Source: Guillardia theta CCMP2712 (lineage: Eukaryota > Protista > Cryptophyta). From it: a stretch of 64,000 bases of DNA. Positions 38,688-47,441 of the stretch are shown in pieces. The DNA lies in assembly GCF_000315625.1 (NCBI RefSeq), contig NW_005434658.1:893504-957503 (forward strand). Direction: 5' to 3'. The notes below the pieces were generated by a model. It saw only the letters and a list, made by a program, of their open reading frames with translations. It had not been told where the DNA came from and made no database searches. Each line of letters begins with the position of its first letter. The first letter of the stretch is position 1. The position numbers and the translations under genes are program-made.

Positions 38688-38962
38688 TTATTCTAAGATT
38701 AGATGAAAAATTAAAATGCTCAATTCTTCCATCAGCTGCAACATATTGCCCATTGCTAATAATAAAATTGATGCTATGATTTAACGCATCTATTTGATGC
38801 TGTGTATGAATGCTATAATATTCTATTTTTTCATTAACCATGCGATATAATTATATTTTTTACCTCCTTTATCTTAGCTTCAAGATATTTCGGATATTCT
38901 TTTTTGTTATATGTTGGTGGTCGATTGCATGAGCCATCAAATGAAACACCCCGCGGCATCCT

Positions 38963-39859
38963 TTACTCATTAAGAGATATATAATTGCCTATTAAGACAA
39001 ATAATCGGCTTAAATACATCTCAAGCCTATTGATTGCTTTTAAAATCGTTGTCTTGTTTGTCAATGAATACGTCTTAAATTCTAGATTAATGACATAATT
39101 TGACAATCTCTTGAATTCTTGCCCATTCTCATTTATGATCCTTATCTTGATGTTATTGATTGCCTTATTTGATATCTTATATTCATTACAATTGCTTGCA
39201 TCAATAAGGCTATAAAATGGTATATCATTTAAATTGATTATGCCTAATACCTGCGAGCTCTTGAAATCATTATATATGATATTATTGATTGAAGATGCCT
39301 CAAGATTGACATCGCCGCTAATCTCTATAATCAAATTGCTATGACCTGATAGATTCACAAATGAAGGCAATTCTTGGCCCAATTCTAATATCTCATATTG
39401 TATATTGTCATCACAGCCAACCAGAATGCCACAACTTACAGATGTAAAATAATATCTGCCGAATTCATCAGATATATTCTTTTTGACAATGATTGAATTT
39501 CTTTTCTCATTGTATGAAAATGTAATCTGTGCCTCTGCTATATAGATATTGTTTTGCACAATGTCATTTAAATCTCTAATCAAATTATCTATGCTATAGA
39601 ATCCCTCTGATAAATAGAAATTATGATTTGTTGTTTGTTCATCTGGGCTCACAAATGTTATCTTAAATGCATTATTGACACTAGGAATAACAGCGAAAAA
39701 GCTTTTTATCATAGAGAAGTTTTTCAAAGATACTGTCAAATATTCATCACTTCGACATTTAATTAAGCCATTTGTCAAAGCATAATTCACATTTGAAATC
39801 TCTTCATTGATTTGTCTATTCTTTGACGATATTAAGACGTTAAGGCTTTGGTGAGCCAT
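38963..39859 (-). CDS. Minor capsid protein (penton), PLV type
   Basis: LISSKNR, NNAFKI, LSEGFYS, NL..HSNLIIEI, VLGII, INNIKIRIINENG...YVINLEF pattern typical of PLV mCPs; adjacent to the MCP genes. Confidence 0.75.
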   Translation of the reverse strand: MAHQSLNVLISSKNRQINEEISNVNYALTNGLIKCRSDEYLTVSLKNFSMIKSFFAVIPSVNNAFKITFVSPDEQTTNHNFYLSEGFYSIDNLIRDLNDIVQNNIYIAEAQITFSYNEKRNSIIVKKNISDEFGRYYFTSVSCGILVGCDDNIQYEILELGQELPSFVNLSGHSNLIIEISGDVNLEASSINNIIYNDFKSSQVLGIINLNDIPFYSLIDASNCNEYKISNKAINNIKIRIINENGQEFKRLSNYVINLEFKTYSLTNKTTILKAINRLEMYLSRLFVLIGNYISLNE

Positions 39860-39886
39860 TTTTTTATTATATCAACATATTAATAA

Positions 39887-41308
39887 ATGTCTCTACCGAA
39901 TGCTTTAAATGTAGATATAAATGAAATCAAGGATTTCAGAAAAACCATCGTTTCGTTCTTTCCTGAGGAAATAAGCAGATCATACAAACCGAGCGATACA
40001 ATAAAAATCAAATTCCCAAAGGGATTATTGGATCTATCATCATTCAATATATTCTTCGATGGTGAAACCTCATTCTATCGATTGGTATCAAATGGAGGCG
40101 TGTTCTATTCATTAAATTATCATTTTCCTAAGCATACGCAGTCAATTATTCAATCTTTACGAGTCTTTATCAATAATAACGAAATTTCAAATATCGATGA
40201 ATTCAACACTATATACAATATTATATATGATATCGAGCACGAAACATTGAACAATAATGCCGTTGATAACCAATCTCCTGAATTTAAAGTAATTTCTATT
40301 GACGGATATCAATATGATACAAGTTTTAATGTTGCATATAGCAGATCAACGCGTAATATAGGGAATACATTAAGTTCAGGTTGGTTCCAGTATGCAGCCC
40401 AACCAACAGAAGCATATAAAGAGAGATTCGGCATCACGGAATGGATAGGATTTTTTAGAGATTTAAAATATATCAATACCCACAATATCGATTTATCAAT
40501 TGAAATCGAGTTGGCGCCTGCTTATATTATGTTCCAACATACGACAGCAGGAACACAAAGAAGAGCAGCAGGAGACACGCAGGTAATCGATGGAGGGGCT
40601 CCATCTTACACAATATCAAATGTAAAGGCAAACATCCATAAGCTAGATTTCGAGGGTGCCCCTAACATTTTGAATAACAATTTGATCTTTACCGATTATG
40701 TCTCTAGAAAGGGCCAAAAATTGACAGTTGATAAGAACCAAAAACTAACAATGAATGTCAAAGCCGAATGTATTAAAAAATTGATTGCTACATTTCTAAG
40801 GAATACAAGAGAGACAGAAACGGCAGCCTTTCAATCAAATTTAACAAATCATTTTGGCGTAGAATATCAAAGATTGATAAGAGAGGATGCAACGACTCGC
40901 TTAGGCAATTCTATATATTTTAAACGACAGGGCAAGGGAATCAAGAATGTATCTTTTTATATTGATGATATACCTATTAATAATAACCCGATGGATTTGA
41001 TAGAGATCGAGAGAGAAACAAAGCACGCATTTAATATCAGAAAAACATTATGGAATGATGTTTATGAGTTTCAAAATGATTTTTTCAGCGCTGTGATGTC
41101 CCTTGAAGATCATATTAAAACAAAGGACGGTATTGTTAAATCTGGATATAATACAAATGGAAGGAATGCAAAGATCATGTTTGAATCTCAGGCCTTCGGT
41201 GTCCCTGCAGGAACACAGAATGAAGCTGATTTTATCGGCACACCGATTTTATTCATAGAAACAGAAAGGACAATAAACATCGATAACAATAATATATCGA
41301 TATCTTAG
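39887..41308 (+). CDS. Major capsid protein paralogue 1 (double jelly-roll, PLV type)
   Basis: YKPSDTIKIKFP..LLDLSSF..FPKHTQSIIQSLRVFIN..ISNIDEFN; collinear with the next ORF. Confidence 0.75.
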   Translation: MSLPNALNVDINEIKDFRKTIVSFFPEEISRSYKPSDTIKIKFPKGLLDLSSFNIFFDGETSFYRLVSNGGVFYSLNYHFPKHTQSIIQSLRVFINNNEISNIDEFNTIYNIIYDIEHETLNNNAVDNQSPEFKVISIDGYQYDTSFNVAYSRSTRNIGNTLSSGWFQYAAQPTEAYKERFGITEWIGFFRDLKYINTHNIDLSIEIELAPAYIMFQHTTAGTQRRAAGDTQVIDGGAPSYTISNVKANIHKLDFEGAPNILNNNLIFTDYVSRKGQKLTVDKNQKLTMNVKAECIKKLIATFLRNTRETETAAFQSNLTNHFGVEYQRLIREDATTRLGNSIYFKRQGKGIKNVSFYIDDIPINNNPMDLIEIERETKHAFNIRKTLWNDVYEFQNDFFSAVMSLEDHIKTKDGIVKSGYNTNGRNAKIMFESQAFGVPAGTQNEADFIGTPILFIETERTINIDNNNISIS

Positions 41309-41345
41309 GTGAAAAATTATTATCTCACAATAAATAAAAAGTAAA

Positions 41346-42854
41346 ATGGAAGGTGCAGAAGGTGAAAGCCGAATGATGAAAGGAACTCACTTCCCTTCAA
41401 ATTTTGATAGTAGTTTTAATGTTTTACAAAATTATTATACTCAGCCAGTGCGCATCGTTCCAAGCACTGGGCAGCAAACCCTAGCAGCAGGCGATGAATT
41501 GATTATCACTCTGCCTCCTGCCTCTGTTGTTGATCTTAGGACATTTCAATTGTTCTTTCAAGCTGAAACGAAAACTAATGCTAATACTGAGCCTTGCGGC
41601 TTTCCTAAACATATCGCATCATTGATTCAAACCCTAGATATATATGTTAATGGTGTGAACATCCAGCACATCGACAATTACAATCTGCTTTATAACATCT
41701 ATAAGGACATGTACGGAAGCGGTGAGCAGGAAAGCAAGCAAGCAGTGAGTACAAATGCTGATCCATCTTTAAGGGTCTTAGTAGATGATGCCGGCAATGT
41801 CATTCGTCAGTCATTCCACGCAAATGCTGCTGTGGCTACAGCCAATCAGGCAACCCTTAATTATGCAAAGAATACCTACTGCATCAAGGATTGGGTCGGA
41901 TTTCTTGGAAGTTGCAGACCCTCGATCATTGATACAAACCTATTTGGCAGTTTTGAAATCAGAATGAGGCTTGCACCTGACAATGTTTTATGGCGCAATG
42001 TTGGGACTGCAGCAGTAACATACGAGATTTCAAATCTGTATGCGTATATTAACCGCATTGATTGGAAAAGCCCCGACTATTACAGTCTGTTTGATGCTAT
42101 GCTTTCAAGCGGTGGGTCTATGAATATCCCATATAATAATTTTAGATGCCATATCGGCAACGCTTTGACGAATTCAAAGACAAACATTATGAGATTTACA
42201 GAGAGCACACAATCACTCAATAAAGTCATTTGGACTTATAGAGCATCAAACTACAACACAATCGCGCCTTTGCAGCTAGCGAATAACGCAACAGCTGCAG
42301 CCCTTACAGCAAATGCTGCCGCTGATATCAACACATATCTAAATGATACGGTATCAGTTCCTCGAAAATTAGCAAATTATGAGACGTTTTTAGCTATGAA
42401 TTACGCCCCTTTATATAATTCTTCCCAATATTTTAGAAGATCGGGCTTAGGTTTGGGCTCTTTGACTGGCACTTATTCAGGGTGCGCGCAGCTTGAGGTA
42501 AATTCTCAGCTTATCCCATCATATCCTTTGACTCTTCCTCAAGTCTATCAAGAGACATTAAAAAGTTTCAACCTTCTATCTAATGATAAGGGAATTCATA
42601 GCGCTATCAAGGATATTTCACACTATGAAAGGGACTTTTTTGTTGGGGCTTTTGCATTGTCTCATTTTAATCATAATGATTCGCAATATCTTATCTCTGG
42701 GTTTGATAGTGCCAGCACATCGATTCAATTGGCTCTGCATGTGACAAATAACAGAACAGCTGACGCGGCGCAGAGTGGGACCCCCGTTGTGTTTACGTCA
42801 ATGGACGCAGTGCTCAAGGTATCATCAGGCAGACAGGTCCTTCCTATATTCTGA
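41346..42854 (+). CDS. Major capsid protein paralogue 2 (double jelly-roll, PLV type)
   Basis: VRIVP..AGDELIITLP..VVDLRTF..FPKHIASLIQTLDIYVNG..IQHIDNYN..WVGFLG..EIRMRLAP..LISGFDS..C-terminal DAVLKV. Confidence 0.85.
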   Translation: MEGAEGESRMMKGTHFPSNFDSSFNVLQNYYTQPVRIVPSTGQQTLAAGDELIITLPPASVVDLRTFQLFFQAETKTNANTEPCGFPKHIASLIQTLDIYVNGVNIQHIDNYNLLYNIYKDMYGSGEQESKQAVSTNADPSLRVLVDDAGNVIRQSFHANAAVATANQATLNYAKNTYCIKDWVGFLGSCRPSIIDTNLFGSFEIRMRLAPDNVLWRNVGTAAVTYEISNLYAYINRIDWKSPDYYSLFDAMLSSGGSMNIPYNNFRCHIGNALTNSKTNIMRFTESTQSLNKVIWTYRASNYNTIAPLQLANNATAAALTANAAADINTYLNDTVSVPRKLANYETFLAMNYAPLYNSSQYFRRSGLGLGSLTGTYSGCAQLEVNSQLIPSYPLTLPQVYQETLKSFNLLSNDKGIHSAIKDISHYERDFFVGAFALSHFNHNDSQYLISGFDSASTSIQLALHVTNNRTADAAQSGTPVVFTSMDAVLKVSSGRQVLPIF

Positions 42855-42963
42855 GACGTTTTAGCTGTGTTCTCGTGTTAATTATAGGCAATTATAAATT
42901 GCAAGAAAAACACAAAAAAACACAAAAAAATGATTCCATTATTTTTATTTTGTATAAGTCAAT

Positions 42964-43611
42964 ATGCCTATTGATTATAGCAAAGGCAAGATATACACAA
43001 TAAGATATCGTAATGATGATAATTTGATATATGTCGGCTCTACTGTCAATGCTTTATCTTATAGATTTACACAGCATAAAAGACGTTTCAATAATGAGAT
43101 TGACAATAGTTATAATATGATTCTTTACCAAAAAATGAGAGAAACACAAGACATAGATAATTGGTACATTGAATTATATGAAGAATTTCCCTGTGATAAT
43201 AAGGAGCAGCTACGAAAAAGAGAGGGTGAAGTAATAAGAGAAATTGCAACATTGAACAAGATGATAGCTGGTAGAGACGATAAACAATATAGAGAAGACA
43301 ACAAAGCAAAAAATAAACAATGGAGAGAGGAGAACAAAGAAAAATTACGAGAAAAAAATAAGCAGTATAGAGAGAACAACAAAGATAAAATCAAAGAAAG
43401 AGATAGAGAATATTATCAAAAAAACAAAGAAAAAATATTAAAAAATGTCAAAGAATATTGTATAAACAATGAAGATCATATATTGCAAAAAAGAAAAGAA
43501 AAAATTAAATGTCAATGTGGCATTGAATTGTTGAAATACAATATGCCTATGCATATAAAATCCAAGAAGCATCAAGATTTCATCAATAATCAACAAGCTG
43601 CAACCAATTAA
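42964..43611 (+). CDS. GIY-YIG endonuclease with C-terminal helical repeats and zinc finger
   Basis: GKIYTI...YVGST...RFTQHK...REGEVI...LN; CQCG...HIKSKKH. Confidence 0.9.
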   Translation: MPIDYSKGKIYTIRYRNDDNLIYVGSTVNALSYRFTQHKRRFNNEIDNSYNMILYQKMRETQDIDNWYIELYEEFPCDNKEQLRKREGEVIREIATLNKMIAGRDDKQYREDNKAKNKQWREENKEKLREKNKQYRENNKDKIKERDREYYQKNKEKILKNVKEYCINNEDHILQKRKEKIKCQCGIELLKYNMPMHIKSKKHQDFINNQQAATN

Positions 43612-43656
43612 ATTATTTATCATTCTATTATTTTTTTATACATCAATTATTAAAAG

Positions 43657-43995
43657 ATGATTGACGCAAAGTATGCCCCGAATGGAAGTCTTAGAATGTT
43701 TGAGCATCATATAGCTCATCATTCTGTTAATGATAAGAATGCTAATGTTGCGCGCAAAATTGAGAGACCGCAGAAATTCAAGAAATCTTTGCCAATGGAA
43801 ATAAATAATATCAATCCAGCCATCCAGAAATTTTTCTGGCTTGATAAATATTGCCCTGAAGTTTTAAGGGCTCCTTACGACCCCCACGATGACCTCAACT
43901 TCTCACCTCTTAGAACAGCACAGGATAAACCGATTCAAGTCGGCAATAAATTAGTTTCTCCTAGTTCTATTAAGCCTTTAAGGTATGGCAGATAA
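43657..43995 (+). CDS. PLV hypothetical protein
   Basis: 112-aa ORF in the gene-dense structural block. Confidence 0.6.
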   Translation: MIDAKYAPNGSLRMFEHHIAHHSVNDKNANVARKIERPQKFKKSLPMEINNINPAIQKFFWLDKYCPEVLRAPYDPHDDLNFSPLRTAQDKPIQVGNKLVSPSSIKPLRYGR

Positions 43996-44037
43996 TACAG
44001 ATTTTTATAGATTATTTTTATCTGTTATTTCTATAAA

Positions 44038-44571
44038 ATGGGTAGAAATAGCAAGCAAGCGCAAAATGTCGATATTGAAGCTTCATCTATTGATGAGGTT
44101 GAAGAACACATTGAACATGAACCTGAACCTGAACCACCAAAACAAGCAAAAAAAAGAGTGATGACAAAAGAACAACTCGAGCATTTAGCCAAATGTAGAG
44201 AATTGGCAAAACAGAAAAAAGCACAATTGGCCGAGGCAAACCCAAAATCAAGATTAAATAAACAATTGAAGCATAAGGAGGTATTAGAGCAAGCAAAAGA
44301 AATCGATCAATTAGTTGATCAAAAGATAGAACAGCAAAAAAAGGCATTGCCTCAAGACTTTATAATAAAAGATGCCAAATATTACAAAGAGAAATATAAC
44401 AGATTGAAAGCAGATTATAGAAATCTACAGAGCACACCACAACCACAACCCACGCCATCAATCCGATCACAGATAAAAACAGAGAGCGACAATAGCTTAA
44501 GGCAACAGCTAGAGCGTGAAAGGCTTAGGCTGTCAGCCATGAACCTATTCGGCCATGCTAATTTTTTGTAA
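44038..44571 (+). CDS. PLV coiled-coil protein upstream of the ATPase
   Basis: KKRVMTKEQLEHLAKCRELAKQKK basic helix; 177 aa. Confidence 0.65.
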   Translation: MGRNSKQAQNVDIEASSIDEVEEHIEHEPEPEPPKQAKKRVMTKEQLEHLAKCRELAKQKKAQLAEANPKSRLNKQLKHKEVLEQAKEIDQLVDQKIEQQKKALPQDFIIKDAKYYKEKYNRLKADYRNLQSTPQPQPTPSIRSQIKTESDNSLRQQLERERLRLSAMNLFGHANFL

Positions 44572-44582
44572 TTATCTAGTAA

Positions 44583-45548
44583 ATGGCGGATATCGAGACA
44601 ATACAAATTAAATATCTAGACAATAAGCCGAAACCCTTCAAAAAACTTATATACCCTCAGACTGACCCAAATCTACCGAGGCCTTATTGTGTATGTCTTG
44701 CTGTGGGCATGAGAGGCTCAGGGAAGACTTACGCAGTAACCAAGATGATAAGCAACTTTGAGAAGTTCGGTTATATTGATCCAGAGACTGGCGATAAGGT
44801 AGCAATTAGAACTATTCTATTTAGTCCGACATATGATGCGAACCCTGTTTTTACTGTCTTAAATAGCTTAGACGATGATGATATAATAAATGAATTTACA
44901 GAAGAAAAGTTAGATGAGGTTTTAGAGGATATTAAAAGAGAAGCAGAAGAGACAGAGAAATATTTAAAATATAAAAAGGCTTATCTGAAGTTTCAGAAAA
45001 CGCCTTTATCAAAGATTGAATCAATGGATCCCGAAGATCTGCAGATGTTATTTATCAATGATTTCAAGAATCCCAAGGACTTACCAAACAAGCCAAGATA
45101 TCCGAATGGGGTTGTCAATAATGTAATTCTAGATGATTGTTTGGGATCTAACGCCTTTAAGAACAGCCGCAAAAATTCACTTGTGAAAGCTATTCTCAAC
45201 AGTCGTCATATGCGATGCCAATTTTTTATTTGTGCCCAGAATCTGAAAGCAATCAATAAATCAATAAGAGTCAATACATCGGTTTATGTTCTGTTTAAAT
45301 TTGCATCAAAAAAAATCGTCATGGAAGACATTTATGAGAACATATCAGGCTTGATAACAATTGAAAATTTTGAAAGATTATATGAATTTGCAACATCAGA
45401 TAACCCACATGATGCCTTAGTTGTAGATACAACACAGAAAAAAGAGAATGTCTTTAAGCTTAATTTTGATAAGATCCTACGAATTAAAAAATCTAATGAT
45501 AATAATAAACATGATGGAGGAAACAATAGCACAAACGGCAACAATTGA
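44583..45548 (+). CDS. A32-like (FtsK-HerA) genome packaging ATPase
   Basis: Walker A GMRGSGKT, Walker B VILDDCLG, SRHMR...AQ, SIRVN. Confidence 0.93.
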   Translation: MADIETIQIKYLDNKPKPFKKLIYPQTDPNLPRPYCVCLAVGMRGSGKTYAVTKMISNFEKFGYIDPETGDKVAIRTILFSPTYDANPVFTVLNSLDDDDIINEFTEEKLDEVLEDIKREAEETEKYLKYKKAYLKFQKTPLSKIESMDPEDLQMLFINDFKNPKDLPNKPRYPNGVVNNVILDDCLGSNAFKNSRKNSLVKAILNSRHMRCQFFICAQNLKAINKSIRVNTSVYVLFKFASKKIVMEDIYENISGLITIENFERLYEFATSDNPHDALVVDTTQKKENVFKLNFDKILRIKKSNDNNKHDGGNNSTNGNN

Positions 45549-45804
45549 GGCGATTGAACAAGAGAGCGCTCTTCGAGCAGCTTCGCTGGAAGAATTGCCA
45601 TATGATAAAGAATTGTATAAGAAATATTTTGACGAGGCAAAAAAACGATTTCCTAAATTAGATGATTTCTTAATTCATTTAGGTTGTGTCAATCTATTGA
45701 TGAACAATGAAATAAATGATGATAAGGGGGATCAATTGCAAAAATCATATTTCAAAGGTGAAATATATGAAGGCATTCAATTATGCCCATCAGAGGATGC
45801 ATAG
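45511..45804 (+). CDS. PLV hypothetical protein
   Basis: ORF overlapping the ATPase end; likely start MMEE at 45511. Confidence 0.55.
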   Translation: MMEETIAQTATIEAIEQESALRAASLEELPYDKELYKKYFDEAKKRFPKLDDFLIHLGCVNLLMNNEINDDKGDQLQKSYFKGEIYEGIQLCPSEDA

Positions 45805-45842
45805 CTTAGCAAAGCTAAATAATATATATCATATATAAATAA

Positions 45843-46529
45843 ATGTCTGGGCAATATTTCAAATTGAAGAATAGTTATATCATAGATATTGATAGCTCAA
45901 ATATTCAAAGCTATGAAACTTTGCAGTATTCCAACAATGCAACCCCTCCGCAAGTATCCGATTTTCTTAATGATTATAGAATTCATCTAAATATTCCTGT
46001 TGAGTTCTCACGAAATTGCAAAATTGCAATAGATGAATTTGATTTAAAAATACTTTTAGCACATAATCAGAATGAATTTATTGTCGAGACTGTCAATTTA
46101 TTCACTCCGAGCATATCAGTAAAAAATCAATATCTATCTAGCAATAAAGCACATCTAAAATTATTTAGCAAATTCTTTGATAATCAAGATCAGGTTGTCA
46201 CTGTCGGAGATGGAGCGGGTGGTTTTTCATCTCAAAACAATCAAAGCTTGATATACCACTATAAAAATAATGATTTGCAATTGAATTCGTTTGAATTACG
46301 ATCAAGCGATTTCGCTAAAAATGAATTAGTCTTAACATTTCAAAACAAATATACAATCGCCGGATCTGCCAATGTTTTACTAAATCATGGCTTAGTCAAG
46401 GGGTCTGAATTTAATTTAAGACTGATCATATATGACTATGATGAAGACCAAGTCAATTATACACCGCCAGAGGCAACAATCAAAAATTTATTGCCTATGA
46501 GCAATACTGGAATAAATAAGATTGCTTAA
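45843..46529 (+). CDS. Beta-rich protein, possible second minor-capsid/penton-like protein
   Basis: IDIDSS...YRIHL...KIAIDEF...LVLTF...FNLRLII alternating beta pattern reminiscent of single jelly-roll mCPs. Confidence 0.4.
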   Translation: MSGQYFKLKNSYIIDIDSSNIQSYETLQYSNNATPPQVSDFLNDYRIHLNIPVEFSRNCKIAIDEFDLKILLAHNQNEFIVETVNLFTPSISVKNQYLSSNKAHLKLFSKFFDNQDQVVTVGDGAGGFSSQNNQSLIYHYKNNDLQLNSFELRSSDFAKNELVLTFQNKYTIAGSANVLLNHGLVKGSEFNLRLIIYDYDEDQVNYTPPEATIKNLLPMSNTGINKIA

Positions 46530-47413
46530 GGCCTTGCACCCGCTGCCATTGATTGCGAATTCTGATAATCATTTAATAGAGATAAATAATGTAGCTTTGT
46601 TTCTTGATTTGTGATAAGATTTTGATCAAGCGCAATCTCTAGCAATTTATACATTTGATCACCGAAACGATCAAATGTTCTTTTTTGTGTTGCTGATCGA
46701 CGATTTTCATTGAATGATCTTATGAATCTATCATAAGCACCCCTATCATTTGGAGTTGTTAAAGTTCTATAGAATTGATTAAAATTTTGTGGCAACTGTT
46801 GATTTTGTACGATGGTGGCCCTTGGTGAAGATGGCGGGGGTGGTGTTGGGGGCGGTTGTGGTTGTGTTGTTGCTGCCGTTGGCGCAGGTGTTGGGGGTGG
46901 AAATGGTTGATATTGTTGAGTTGCCGCTGAATTCTGCGACGCTCCGCTTGGCAAAGCCGAGCCAAATTGTAATGTTTGTGGTGTTGGCAATGTTCCAGCT
47001 GCTGGAATTGGTGCCGTTTGTTGCGGTGTTGCTGGCATTGGCATGGCTGGTACTGATGGCATAGCCGGTTGATTGATTAGATTATTAAGCATTTGGTTAA
47101 AATTAGTCTGTTGTCTTTGCACATCTTGATAATAATTTTGCATGTCTCGGCTTAAAGTCTGATACATTGAACGGCCTTGATCATCAATCCTTCTTATCTC
47201 ATTAAAATTGATAGACCCGAAAGGGTCAGATATAACCCTCATGCCATGGCCATAAGATAATTGATTTTTATTAGGTGGTAATCTAAGACCAGCCGTTTTT
47301 TTTCTTTCTTGTGATTGCTCATCACAACACTCATCATTTTTAGAATTTAAATTGTTCTCTATCTTCACATTTACAATAAGCGGTTTTGAGGATGTTTTAT
47401 TTTGTGTTACCAT
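46526..47413 (-). CDS. Pro/Gln-rich PLV protein (possible core or scaffold protein)
   Basis: 295-aa ORF, low-complexity centre, TAAATG start context. Confidence 0.6.
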   Translation of the reverse strand: MVTQNKTSSKPLIVNVKIENNLNSKNDECCDEQSQERKKTAGLRLPPNKNQLSYGHGMRVISDPFGSINFNEIRRIDDQGRSMYQTLSRDMQNYYQDVQRQQTNFNQMLNNLINQPAMPSVPAMPMPATPQQTAPIPAAGTLPTPQTLQFGSALPSGASQNSAATQQYQPFPPPTPAPTAATTQPQPPPTPPPPSSPRATIVQNQQLPQNFNQFYRTLTTPNDRGAYDRFIRSFNENRRSATQKRTFDRFGDQMYKLLEIALDQNLITNQETKLHYLSLLNDYQNSQSMAAGARP

Positions 47414-47441
47414 TTACATATTATATATTATTTATTTTATT

